A stretch of DNA of 64,000 nt from Lobosporangium transversale (Eukaryota), in NCBI RefSeq assembly GCF_002105155.1, contig NW_019029014.1:1-64000 (forward strand), given 5' to 3'. The notes beneath the pieces were generated by a model, which ran no database searches, was not told the DNA's origin, and was given only the letters and a program-made list of their open reading frames with translations. Shown here piece by piece: positions 1 to 11,918 of the stretch (position 1 is its first letter; each line of letters starts with the position of its first letter). Position numbers and translations under genes: made by a program.

Positions 1-794
1 GAAGCCGATACTACTGTAACCATCTCATGGACAGATGACCAAACGGCACCTACCTTAGCATCAGAACCCGTCTTTGATATCTTTTTGATGACAGGGGCAG
101 ATGACCAACAGACAAAGCTAGCTACAGTATCCTCCGATGTCAATGGCGGAACCACTAAGGATGTCAAATACAAGGTCCCTTTTGTCTACCCTCCTGGTCA
201 AAGTACGATATTCCCCTTATAAAGCGGAAACAAATAATTTAGATTTGTGAAGAAACGTTACTAACTATTTTTCTCTTTCCTTGGACTTACTAAGTTTACT
301 TCCTCATGTTCCAAACCAAGAACCAGAATGCGACCACATGGGCCACCCGTTTTACGATAACGGATATTAATGGTAATCATGGTATGCTTCACCCAGTAAT
401 CCCTCCAGGCGGCAAAATCAATCCGGGTGGCCTTGGCCAGATCATCTCTGCGGAAAAGGCACAAGAGCTTTCCGAGGGGAATAAGGCCAGTCCAAAAATG
501 AGTACCCATGGCAATGTCAACAGCAATAGCAACAGAAACTCACCTGATTCATCATCGCCAGCTTACTTGCATGGTGTAGCGAAGTCCTCCTTGGGGCGAG
601 GAGTGGATTCTACAGGGTTGACTAATAATGCTGGCTCCTTGTCTTCGTCAAAGGGCACCTCGTTGGATACGGGCGCACATTCAGGTCAAAGTGATCAAGC
701 AAACAATATTACTCGCAACAGCGGTATTTCAAGCACTGCCTCCTCCTTTGTAATAGCTGCAGCTATCTTCTTTACAGCCTTGATGGGCTTTTGA
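1..794 (+). CDS. Ser/Thr-rich GPI-anchored cell-wall protein with Kre9/Knh1-like N-terminal domain (5'-partial)
   Basis: Exon 1..202 (EADTTVTISWTDD...FDIFLMTG...KYKVPFVYPPGQ) joins via GT-AG intron 203..294 (branch CTAAC) in frame to IYFLMFQ...WATRFTITD; Ser-rich tail and hydrophobic C-terminus (FVIAAAIFFTALMGF) resembling a GPI signal. Confidence 0.7.
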
Positions 795-1115
795 GAAGAA
801 TAACGCATCTACATATCTACCCTACAATTTATCGAAGGTGTTTGTTTTTTGTGAGCAACTCTATAATAGCTTTTTTATCACATCATCTTCACTTGCTAGT
901 GATATATATTCCACAAAATAACTCAAGGAAAGTAAAAACAGAAATAAAAAAAAATAATAGGAGCCATTATGCGCTAGATTGAGTGCTTTTTTTAATATAA
1001 ACTTGTATATGCAATGAATGTTACTCTGGTCAAATCAGGCTTGAGAAAAGCCTGGGGGGAAAATAAAAGCAAATTCTTTTCTAAAAAGGTGGCCGGGTGC
1101 TTATGTTGTTATGAT

Positions 1116-1588
1116 TTAAGGACGAGGAGGGATGGGGAGGTTCTTGTTGGCCTTGTACCACTCTAACTTAGGAGAGTAGTCAGCGGTGTAAAGGTCCAAT
1201 TCATTCTGAGGGCAGCTGCTCATGCAGATACCAGCCTTGGTCATGAAGTCGCGAGTAGTGGGGGTTCCACGCTCGAAAGTATAGGAGAGTGAAATGATGA
1301 AGTATTGGTTGTACTCATCAATATCGTTGTAATTGGCAAAGAAAGTCTTGCCGACGGACTGTTTCGGAGAAGAAAAAAAAAGAAGTGATTAGCAGCAGAA
1401 CAATGACCTATTATCGATAATAGCTAATCAGTTGGACAGGATGGTTTCTTTATGGCCATCGAGGAGTGTCACGTTACATTGGTGCATTGGGAGACGCATG
1501 GGCCCTGGGGAGCGAAGGGGAAGTAGGCGGACTGGGCGCTGGCAATAGAGGCCAAGGCGGCAATAGCGGCAACAACAGAGAAACGCAT
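1116..1588 (-). CDS. Small secreted cysteine-containing protein (117 aa, 2 exons)
   Basis: Not in ORF track. Exon 1588..1478 MRFSVVAAIAALASIASAQSAYFPFAPQGPCVSQCTN; GT-AG intron 1477..1359; exon 1358..1116 SVGKTFFANYNDIDEY...AGICMSSCPQNELDLY...IPPRP*; clear signal peptide and two CxxxC motifs. Confidence 0.8.
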
Positions 1589-4500
1589 GGTGAAGTTTTT
1601 TAGTAAGCGGGAGACTTTAGGAGAGTGTGATGAGTAGCTCTGAGCGTGAAGGATAATAAGAAAAAAAAAAAAAAAAAAAAAAAAGATAAGTTTAGGACCC
1701 TTTTATATAATCGAGGGTCATGCTTTAAGATTTGTTTTTATTATTATCATTTTTCCTAACCATCGAGTGATAGAAGTTACCAACTCACCCTTATCAGATC
1801 CTGAGGCCAGGGTTCTGGGCTGCCTCGCCTTCCTCTTCCTCGGTATACATATTCTGTATATATTATCGGATGTAACATCAAGAAACCTATTCTATGCAGG
1901 CATTGTGCAGAGCTACGTATGATGCATAAGGGTATATTGTGGCGTTGTGTACAGATCAATATTTAGGTATCTACGCAGGATGTCCAAAAGAAAGTGAAGG
2001 TTTACAATAACCGGCTGAGAACTTTGTTCAGGGACTAAACAATAGAATTCTAGAAGCGAGCCTTTTTTTTGGAACTTGGGTGAACGAAACGAGGAATTCG
2101 AAAAGTATGCGTGTAGTGTGAGCCGCATAGTTTGTCCACTAAATTTATTTGTCGGGAAGCAGAACAAACAATTAGGCAGAACAAACAATTGGGCAGAAAA
2201 AGAAAGTTTTGCGGAGAAACGGATCATTCCGGGGAACATAGTGCAGCCAACCAGTCTTTGGTGCAAAATGTAGGAACTTTACATACTTATAAAAATCGGT
2301 TCATTCATACAAGAATGGTATATACATGTGCACATCTGTATAGTCTTTGTCAGAGTGCGTCAACGAATGTAAGACTCCATCACAAGGCTTTTTAGGGGAG
2401 AAAAAGAAGCGCAGGGGCAGCAGTATACATGTGGCCAAGTGACAAATACTAAATAACAAATAAAAAAATAAAAAAAAAAAAAAAAAATACATATCCCATG
2501 GTTAAGAAAGCAAGGCCAAGCCAAATAAATCCATATTAAAAGGAAGAGACGAGGGAGGGGGATAGGAAATTGGCGGATCGAATATATGCGGTGTGTGAAA
2601 TGGACCTTGCAGTGCTCTCTTTTTTTGTTTGATGTATGTAGTGTTTGTCTGATTGCCTAAATTCTAAATTGATCATTACATGGTGAATGCAGAGTCACCG
2701 ATGAATGTAGCACACGTAAATTTACACAACCACATTTGCGTTGTATGAGTGGGCTTTAATTTTCCAACTCCGTTGGGAACCATCTGATAACGCCAAACTT
2801 TTGTCTCTTACACGTGCTCTATGAATTGTTATCAGATCGAAAACTGACAAAATAAACCGTTTCCCGTGGACCAAAATATATATATATACATGTAACAAAG
2901 AATCGAATTGCTGATTGAGCGAACCATAAAATGCACACATTAAGTATAGATGTATACATAAAGAGTCGACGATATTAAGTGTTTACACACTCAAATTCAG
3001 GAACGAATGTAGCTCTGCGCCCAATCTTCTTTTACATATCATTTGTTTTGTATTCTTTAGAGTCTGTTGACGGGTGATGGTGAATTAATCAGATATATTT
3101 ATGATACACTATCCTATTTATTCAATCAACTCAGATTCTCAGATTTGTATAAATCGATACATATATCCGTTTAGCAGGAAACCTGTCAACCTTGTATACT
3201 TAATGCAATTTTGTTTTCAGTCCCTCTGTATGCTCTACATCTATAATAGATCCTACTGTAACCGAGTCAACAAAAAAAAAAAAAAAAAAAAAATTGCCGA
3301 GAAAGCCATACGTACCATGCATCGATTTTTTTTTTTCCTATCCTTCTGTCATACAAGGCACGCGAGAGTATCCTCATGTCTGGTCTGACCTGTGTGTAAG
3401 AAATACATATACATCATGTTGCATATTGACATTTATCCATTGACCGGAAGATAATTATGAAAGGGTGATCCCTGGATGAAAATGTGTTTGTCTAGAATTT
3501 GAAAGATTATTAGTCATCTTAGGGCTTTAGTAACCTACTGTAGGCCATCATAGCCCTTCCCCCTGTTGCTTCTACATCTCCTGTTGGCTGGATAACTTGC
3601 TCACAGGTACAACTAAAACACATTTCTATTTGAAACTGCTAATGCCGAGACGCGTGTCTCTCTGCGCCCTACGCTCCTTTATTTGTATTATTATTAGCCC
3701 CATTTATTACTATCACCATGATATTGAAGGTATAGTAACTGTTAAAAGAAACATTTGAAGCACTTTAACTTGAATCGCGTATAAACTCAAAGGACTCCTA
3801 AAAGCTATGAAAGCTCTCATGCGCATCATACGATTGCCTATTGCAAGCTGGCCCTACCCTTTACAGTGCCAAACACCTTGTGCCAAACACCTTGTGCTAA
3901 CCCTCCTTCCCTGTTATGCACGGTATCGCAAAATAACTAAAGTGGAAGAGAAGTATATTATACTTAGTTTTTTGTTCTCATAGAAGTATAGTTGGTTGTT
4001 GGTTACGATCGAACAGACACTGTAATGAAAATCATGATAACGAAGCTGGCATAATTGGTCTGGCGCCACAACTTAGAGCTTTGAGGAATAAACATTGAGT
4101 GGCGAGCCTTGTTGATGGGGCACACATAGGGATTTAATCATCTCAGATTGTTATTGATGAAGCTTGTTATCTTCTCAGAAATGAAAATCAATATCATATT
4201 TCCAAGCTTATTCTCTTTTTGACGCGCTTTCCATCCTATAAGAACAGTAATCCTGCTTTTACAGTGTCATTCTTCTCTATTTCCACTCGATAAAATACCT
4301 ACATCAAGGAAAAAGACTGGCTGAGGATTCTTTGGGAGTGGATTGAAACCGCACACACTTTTAACTGTTTCAGTAAAGTAGAGAAATACTTCAGGGAATC
4401 ACGAAATCAAGATAGACATATACAAAGAGTTAATTGAGAGTAATCAATCTCGATACGCGATGGTTTTTGCGTGCAAAAGGAACAAGGAATCAAAGTCTAC

Positions 4501-5645
4501 TGAGCCCTTCTTATTTTTTGGTTGATGGTGGGTTGACCCTTGTCCCAAGGTCTGCACAAGTTTATAAAGTTCAACAACGGTCTTCATCATGAGAGCTCAC
4601 CTTGTTTCAACTTTCTCTTTTCATGCTCAGAAAATTCAGTGTTCCCATCATGTTATTCGAGAACATTATGGTGTCCTCACAGCGAAGATTGACCTAGAAT
4701 ATGTCTCTAATATGCACCGAAATCTTCAAAGTAACCAGTCTTTACTGAATCCTCGGCTTGAGATGGACATACATTCTCCTTGGAAGCATGATTCAAAACA
4801 TCGGCTTCTCAATGGCAGTGCACTAGTCTTAGACACCTTTTATGGGACCTTTCGTGGCATTATTACCGTCTGTTCTTCTTTGTGGTGACTATCTACATCT
4901 TTTGCCTTTATGAAATAAGTTTACACTCGCTGTTATCAAGAATGCAGGGCAGTGTAGAGCACTGCACTATATTTTTGAATGTTAACAAAAAAGAAAATAA
5001 AAAGAAGCCGGTTGACCTTGCGCAAATGCGCAAATGGTGATCATTGCCGACAAGCGAAAACTGTGCTACGCCCTATTCATGGGGTAAAAGTGGTCGGAAC
5101 TTGGTAAAGGTAGTGGAAGGATGAATGTGATGAATGAATGAATGATCAGTGATTGAAATGAGATTTAAGATTGACAAGTCGCATTTAGTGTATGTGTAAC
5201 AGGAGCTTGGAATAATTAATTAAGACATGCATGTCTGTTCTTGTTTGTTGCAGCATGCCACATCATGTCATCCTCAAGTGTGGCATTCAACCCCCTGAGT
5301 CAATACAAATACATGCTTTGATTCCATTGGCTAGTAATCTAGTAGTAACTAGTAGATAGAAATGCATGCACGCGTCAAATTCTCAAGAAATATCTTTCCA
5401 TTCTGAAAGCATTGGCTGAAATTAAGGACATCCGAATCCTTCCTGACTTCAAGACGGAAATGCGGCAGCTGTGATTCTTATTATTATTTTTTATAGAATA
5501 TATTTCATCTTTTCATTTCCTCCCTCCACTCACGCCTTTCTATCCCTTGTCCATTCCTCTCTACACACCATTTCCCTCCACGGCTAGCGACAACCACCTA
5601 TTCCCTACTATTTAATTGCATTCACGTTTTATCCAAATACAAAAA

Positions 5646-7001
5646 ATGAAGTTACTCATCCGAGCCTCTGTAGCTATTCTTCTTGTAACATCAGCGTTTG
5701 CAGGGCCAGGCAGCCTTCAAGATTTCCTGAATGATCCTCAGGTGGCCAAGCTAGCACCTAACCTCGTCAGCTACATGAACACCCATGAATTTGAAACCTC
5801 AGCCAATACCGCTTACTATTACAATAACTTGATTGTACCTGAGACTGGTGAGCAGGTGCCATTACTACAAGATTTGATTGCGATTGCGTCCCAGCTCGTA
5901 TTTTCCTCCAAGGATAACAAGGATGCAGACTGGTCCCGGCTCGAAGCTGCCAAGCTCAAGGCGATTCAGTCATATGGTGAAGCTGGCTTGGAGTCTGCAA
6001 ATCTGACAGCAATTGATATTCAGCGAGCATCGTTGATTGTGAACACGATCTATGATACGGTACTGCAACTGCCACTCAGCAGTAAGGCCCTATATGAGGA
6101 CAAGGCAGCTGAAGCCAGCACTTCGCCGTTCTGGCGTTGGATTGGCTCTGGATTGATCAAGTCCTCAGATGTAGTAAAAAATATCAAGTCAGTGGTATCT
6201 CCGGCCAATCAGTGTGTCACAGATAATGAGGCATACTTGGATGGGGCAGAGGAAGCCATCTACTACAGTTCGCTAGCAGATGGTCTTGTTGGGGGAGCTC
6301 CGGTAGCGATGCCAAATGACCCGACGGCCAACTCATTAAGTTTAGGGACAATTGTCACATCTGTAGGTAAATTAGCCATAGAAATCCACATGGCACAATC
6401 CGTGGCCAGGTCAGCAGACCTAAACCCGAACGATGAAGCTGTTCGAGCTATGGTGTACCTGGGATTAGCAGCTGATTCACTCGTGTCCGATTATGCACTG
6501 ACGGCGAAGGATCTGTTAAAGTTGAAGAGTCATAAACTGATAAAGAAAGTGCCGGATTCTGCAACCCAAGCGCTGGAACAACAGGCTGCGATAGTGCTGG
6601 TTACAAAAGGTGCAGGGCGTGTTGACGGACAAAGGTCATTCCCACAGATACCAATGATTCGAAATCTCTTTGCATTCAGTAATGGGGTCTTGAACGCGAG
6701 TAAGGTTGGGGATGTGCTCAAGAATGTATTCTGTCCTGTTAAAAATGATGAAGGGACGGAGAATCTACAAGCAACTGATGCTGATCTGAACAACACCGTG
6801 GATGAAGGGCAGAAAAGCGCTGAAGACGTTAAGCCTGAAGAAGATACTAAGCCAGAAGAGAATGCTAAGTCTGAAGATGCTGATGCTGAGGACGAGGACG
6901 AGGCTGTTGGTGATGAGAATGCTGAGAATGACGTTGAGGGCAACGATAGCGCAGATGTTGAACAGAAAAAAGGCCAGCAGCGAGAACAAAAGAAGCAATG
7001 A
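5646..7001 (+). CDS. Secreted protein with EcsC-like helical region and acidic C-terminal tail
   Basis: Single-exon ORF from ATG 5646 (MKLLIRASVAILLVTSAFAG, signal peptide); segment AIEIHMAQSVARSADLNPNDEAVRAMVYLGL...LVTKGAG...IPMIRNLFAFSNGVLNASKVGDVLKNVFCP resembles the EcsC family pattern; D/E-rich tail. The CDS is solid, the family call is tentative. Confidence 0.7.
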   Translation: MKLLIRASVAILLVTSAFAGPGSLQDFLNDPQVAKLAPNLVSYMNTHEFETSANTAYYYNNLIVPETGEQVPLLQDLIAIASQLVFSSKDNKDADWSRLEAAKLKAIQSYGEAGLESANLTAIDIQRASLIVNTIYDTVLQLPLSSKALYEDKAAEASTSPFWRWIGSGLIKSSDVVKNIKSVVSPANQCVTDNEAYLDGAEEAIYYSSLADGLVGGAPVAMPNDPTANSLSLGTIVTSVGKLAIEIHMAQSVARSADLNPNDEAVRAMVYLGLAADSLVSDYALTAKDLLKLKSHKLIKKVPDSATQALEQQAAIVLVTKGAGRVDGQRSFPQIPMIRNLFAFSNGVLNASKVGDVLKNVFCPVKNDEGTENLQATDADLNNTVDEGQKSAEDVKPEEDTKPEENAKSEDADAEDEDEAVGDENAENDVEGNDSADVEQKKGQQREQKKQ

Positions 7002-8668
7002 CAGCAGCATTAAAAGTGGAGCCAGAAACTGTTGGGTGTTAAAAAGCCATTTCTCTCTTGGCAATCACTCATTAATACCACATCAGAGAAACTTGAAGAA
7101 ATAAATGTTCTTAATCAATCCTTCTCAGCTTATGCAATGGATCTTTATTTTTCCCTAACTATGTGGTATATTGGGTCATGCATTGCTTCTTTGAGAGCCC
7201 GTGAGTGAATGATGGGAACGCTGGTGCTGAATGCTTTGGAAGGTTCAATTTAGAATCCCTGCATTTGTTGCTGCCTTTAATAATAGGGCCTACAGCGGTC
7301 ATATATCCTCTCCAAGAATCGAATGTTGTGACTTACCATTTAAAACATTTGGTTTTAGATCCCCCTGTTTCATATCATAATAAGTACTGAAAAGATATCG
7401 TCCCCATCAGATGTACTGGCTGCACAATAGATATCCATATGATTATGAGTTCTCTTTGACTTGTATAAATAATTTCTTTGTAATCCAAGCTATCCAAGTT
7501 ATCCAAGCTTATTTAAAGCCAGAACCATAAAAGGATGGTCATTAGCACCCACACTCAGCACCGACCGACAACAACCACTCGAACGGCATCACAAGTAAAG
7601 GCCTAATTGGCAATTTTAAGCTATGCACTGCTTGGCTGAGCAAGAGGGCTTTTGACCTAGTGGAGGAAGAGAGATAATGAATTTCGCCACAATCCCCAAT
7701 GCCATCGATGAACGGACAAATCAAACGCTTTAAAATTATCTCAGCCGGAGGATACGATGATGTAAGAACAAAGCAGTCCTGGGCTCTTCCATGTAAAGAG
7801 ATATGAATCAAAGGTTCTCCAGATGGGATATCGAGCCTAGAGACAATGTGGAAGACGGCCATATACCCTTATAGCACCCACTGGGCGAAGTAAGCACGCG
7901 TTAATATCTCAACAGCACATTTGTAGCGTGCCCTTCCTTTTTTCTCTCCACCACCTCATCTCAAAACATTTTTTCTTTTGCCAAAGATATCCATGGCCCA
8001 GTTTTTTTTTTTTTTTTTTTTTTTTTTGCTTATCTTACATGACCGCAGCGATCCGCCGTCCCGTTTAATTTTATTCATTAATGCTGCCCGCTTTGCGCGT
8101 GTGTACGTTTGTGAGTTTGTGCATTCTCCTTTGACCCTGTCGTAAATGGAACATGATTCTACCCCTTTAAATATTTCGGATAGTGGCAGGGGAAGGCCAC
8201 TGCACTGCGCTGTAGCCAGAGGAGGAAATGATGACATTGATAATTCCGCATGTCAAAATACGCACATGATGTGTTACCATCCGCCTGAATCCTTTTTTTA
8301 TTCATTGATGCAATCACAATCCCTCCTTTCTCTCTCTTCTCCATTTTTCTCACCAGGTGCCCTTGGCATTTTTGATATTTCTCTATTCCTTCGTTTTCTG
8401 TATCTCACTTCCAATTTTTTCATACATTTCAAAGCAAGCAGCTCACTACATATACTACTTTCCTACATCACTGCTGTTCTGTCTGCTCTTTCTTGGCATC
8501 TTTTTTCTAACGTTGCTATCACCCGATGCATTACGTCTTGTGAATTTTTTTTTTTTTTTTTTTTTTTTTTGCGTGACCATTCTTTAATAGCCTTACTGGG
8601 TTGCGCTAAAAAAATATCATTTTCCTCTCTCCCCCTGTCTTCTGCTTCGCCCATAATCATCTAGAAGC

Positions 8669-11600
8669 ATGCTATCATCCAACAAACCTACAGATTCAAG
8701 CACGCCATCGCATCCTCAACCTTCTTTAAACGACCCAACACTCTCTACCTTGACCCCAGTGGCAGAATCCAATCCCCATCCGCCGAGGATGCAGCGCTTC
8801 ACTCGGCCAGAAGACCTAGCAGATTTAGAAGTTTTAAACACAAGGGTCGCAACGGCTCTGAGCGATGAGCAAGGGCATCGCCAGCATCCACAACAGCAGC
8901 AACAACAGCAGCACCGAGAGCTGTTAAGGCGATACATGGATGCACATACTACCTTCCTCAATAGTTCTGATACAGAAGGATCCGGCTATATCCCAGGCCG
9001 GGTCACTACATCGTTGTTCACAGATTTACATTCACATGGAGATAGCTATCACGTGTATCGAGGAAGCCATGGTCAAAGTCCGTTATCATCATCAATAATA
9101 TCATCATCGTCGCTATCAATACCACTGCCGCTGCATACAACCACGCATGATGGCCCTTCTTCTCCTTCATTTACTGAAGATGATGAATATGGATCTGGGT
9201 CTGGTTATGGATATACAGCTCCAGGTTCACCTCAGAGCATTGTTTCAAGTGCATCTCTTAGTGGTTATTATTATCCACATTCGCATCCCTCACGCCCACT
9301 GTCCCAAACAGGTTTTTGGGCTGACCAAGCAGCTTCTTCCTTTAATCTCATTATGCCTTCATCTGCTATGTTTGCTACTGGTAAAGAGCCCACTGCGGAT
9401 GGGGACAAACTCGGGTTTGTGAAACTGATGATTGGGGGTCGTAGTCGGAAATGGCACACTAGTATAATACAGGATATCTTCAAGTGGGAGGGGATCATTG
9501 CAAATGATTTTGAAGATGAGTTTCTCCATGAGCCGCCGCCTTTACCACCACCGCAGCTGCAGCAGCCAGTGGCACAAGTGAATGCTGCTATTATCAATGT
9601 TGCAACAGCTACAGTGGCTGCGCATGAGGAGGGTATTGTTCCAAGTGTGGGAGTTGGGGATGATGTGAATGAACCAAAACAGCAGCGTCAACGAGAGATG
9701 CAACAATTACAACAAAAACGTGTTCAGTACGAAGAGTCTTCAGAGGTAATTGTAGAACACTATGCATCATCGATGGTTCTACCAGCTTGGGCGCGTGCAG
9801 GCTTAGATTACCGGGATACTCAACAAGAAATTCTTGTCAAGAACATTTGGTAAAAAAAATCTTTCAAGATTGAATACTGAAGAGAATGTTTATCTATCTC
9901 TTCTAATACCCTTTTTTTTTTATCTCATTCCTTATAGTTTCGTTGACACGCCTGGTTACGACACATTCAGTAATCCTAACCGGGCCATGGATTTAGTGAT
10001 GTCGTACGTGGGTCTACAGTTCCAAACTACCAATGAGTTTTTCTCTCGATCTGCAAGAAGTGATGACGCATTAGGGCGGTTCCTTGCCAACAACACAACA
10101 GGGGCACACTCACATGTAGATGTCTGTATCTATGTGATCGAGGGGCAGTTGACGGAACAGGATATCGCGTATATGCAACGCTTACAAACAATGGTCAACT
10201 TAGTCCCTCTGATTTTGATGACACCCAACATTACCACACAGGCAGTTGATGTTGCTGCCATTCGATCGGAACTGATTCGGCAGTTGTGTGAGAATGATAT
10301 TGAAATTTACGGCATGGTAGAATCAGGAAGCGGAAGAGGAGGTGGGGTAAGAGAGACGCGGGCTTTCTCGGCTGATTCTCCATACTTGACACATGCGACA
10401 GCATCGGAAGAAGAGGAGCTCTCACCTCCTCCGTTGTCGCTTGGCGAAGGTTTGTTGTGTCCGGAATTCACCTCTCCACCCTTTGTTTATTTCGTTCCAC
10501 AGGCTTCCGATAGTAAAGTGCAAGTTGAGGGTCAAAGCGCTAAAAATGATAAAAAGACAGAATCGAATTTGCATGCGTCACCATCATTTCCCTTGGCATT
10601 ACCATCAGCATCATCGCTCACTTCGGATCTCGGTTCTGTTCGAAAATGGATCTTTGTGGAGCATTTAGCAGCGCTTCGGCATCACACGACTCTCAAGTTC
10701 TTACGATGGAGAAGGAATTGGCAGGTAACGATGGCATCTTCACCATCGCTCATGTATTCATCTATGGAATCCGGTTCTTCTTCGCTTCGTCAACGGCAAC
10801 ATTCGAGTAATCATGGTAGCAACAACAGTATCAATAACAGTAGCGCCAGTAGAGTTAGCAATAACGCTCATAGCGGTCAACATTTGATACCTCCAAATGT
10901 GTCTGACTATTTGTCCGGGCCTCAGAGTCAGAGCCGAGTAGCCTCGGTAAACGTGACAGCAACTCATAATCTACCTTCGTCCACTTCTGTTGGACCATCA
11001 CCATTATCTCACCAGCAGCAACGGCATTCACCAACAGTGCTCGTGGGCGAACTTTTAGCACGTGAAAGGAAAAGAATCTCTTTAAAAGTGGCTCGGATGT
11101 TGGAAACACACAGCCAAGTTTTTGAACGGATCATGTTGGAGAGGAAGGAAGCATGGAGACAAGCACTTCAAGGGATCGAACGTGAGCAAAGGATCGATTT
11201 TCTAGTGCAAGAAATCAAACGCTGGGCGATGGCGGAGTATCACACCCACAATCAGACTCAGAATCAGACTCATTCTCTGGGATCTGAGTATCCAATTGGT
11301 AACATTGACTCTGCGTCTTATTCATACCGCACTCAGTCAACATCATACCATCAGCAACAAAAGCACCAACATCAGTACCAACAAAATCCTCAAGTCCGTC
11401 ACAACTATCGCCACCCATATTCAAGCTCGTTATTATCAAAAAAATCGCTTTTGGAATCGAGGCGTAGCTCTCATAGCAACATGGTTGGCTTGGGACTTGA
11501 GGCAGGAGGACCTGTAGTTCCCTTGGATGCAGAGCCATCGCTTCTAGATGTTTTGGACCTACAACAACCACAGGGAAGTGAGCATAGTGGACCCTCAATA

Positions 11601-11918
11601 ACAGGAAAGAAAAATAGCAACAGTACTACTGCTATTACTACTGATACTGCTCGTCACCAACATTCCCAACGGAAATCATTACTGGACAAGAAAACCTCAC
11701 CATCACGCTCAAGAATGAATAAACAAGGAGATAGCATTGGGTGTGGTCGCGATCAGGCTGGTGATAAGGACCCGCTTGGTCTTGGACTGTGGATGAGCCA
11801 ACTCTTTGGAGCAGTAGGCAACGGAATTATCCATGTCGTTGCAATTGTTGGGATGAGTAGTTTGGCCACATTTATCTACACACATTTCTTGGAACATCGT
11901 GTGACGTGGATTGGATAG
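8669..11918 (+). CDS. Divergent septin-type GTPase-domain protein with C-terminal DPLGL motif and hydrophobic segment
   Basis: Two long exons joined by GT-AG intron 9850..9937 giving KNICFVDTPGY (septin G3-like); HVDVCIYVI and DIAYMQRLQTMVNLVPLI match septin core motifs; the P-loop is degenerate. Confidence 0.75.

Noticed and set aside
3866..3898. Short tandem repeat (GTGCCAAACACCTT-like units) and other microsatellites (13471-13520, 17216-17245, 57486-57510, 62817-62840)
   Set aside because: Simple slippage repeats with no spacers; not CRISPR-like
3400..4900. Possible decayed coding or transposon sequence in the intergenic region
   Set aside because: No recognisable motif in the frames I read
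6530..7104. Antisense and alternative-frame ORFs overlapping real genes (here and at 25841, 39315, 43583, 55986)
   Set aside because: Shadow ORFs of low-complexity coding sequence with no independent motifs
8146..8664. 172-aa ORF upstream of the septin-like gene
   Set aside because: Phe/Leu/Ser-rich translation of a pyrimidine-rich leader containing a poly(T) run; not protein-like
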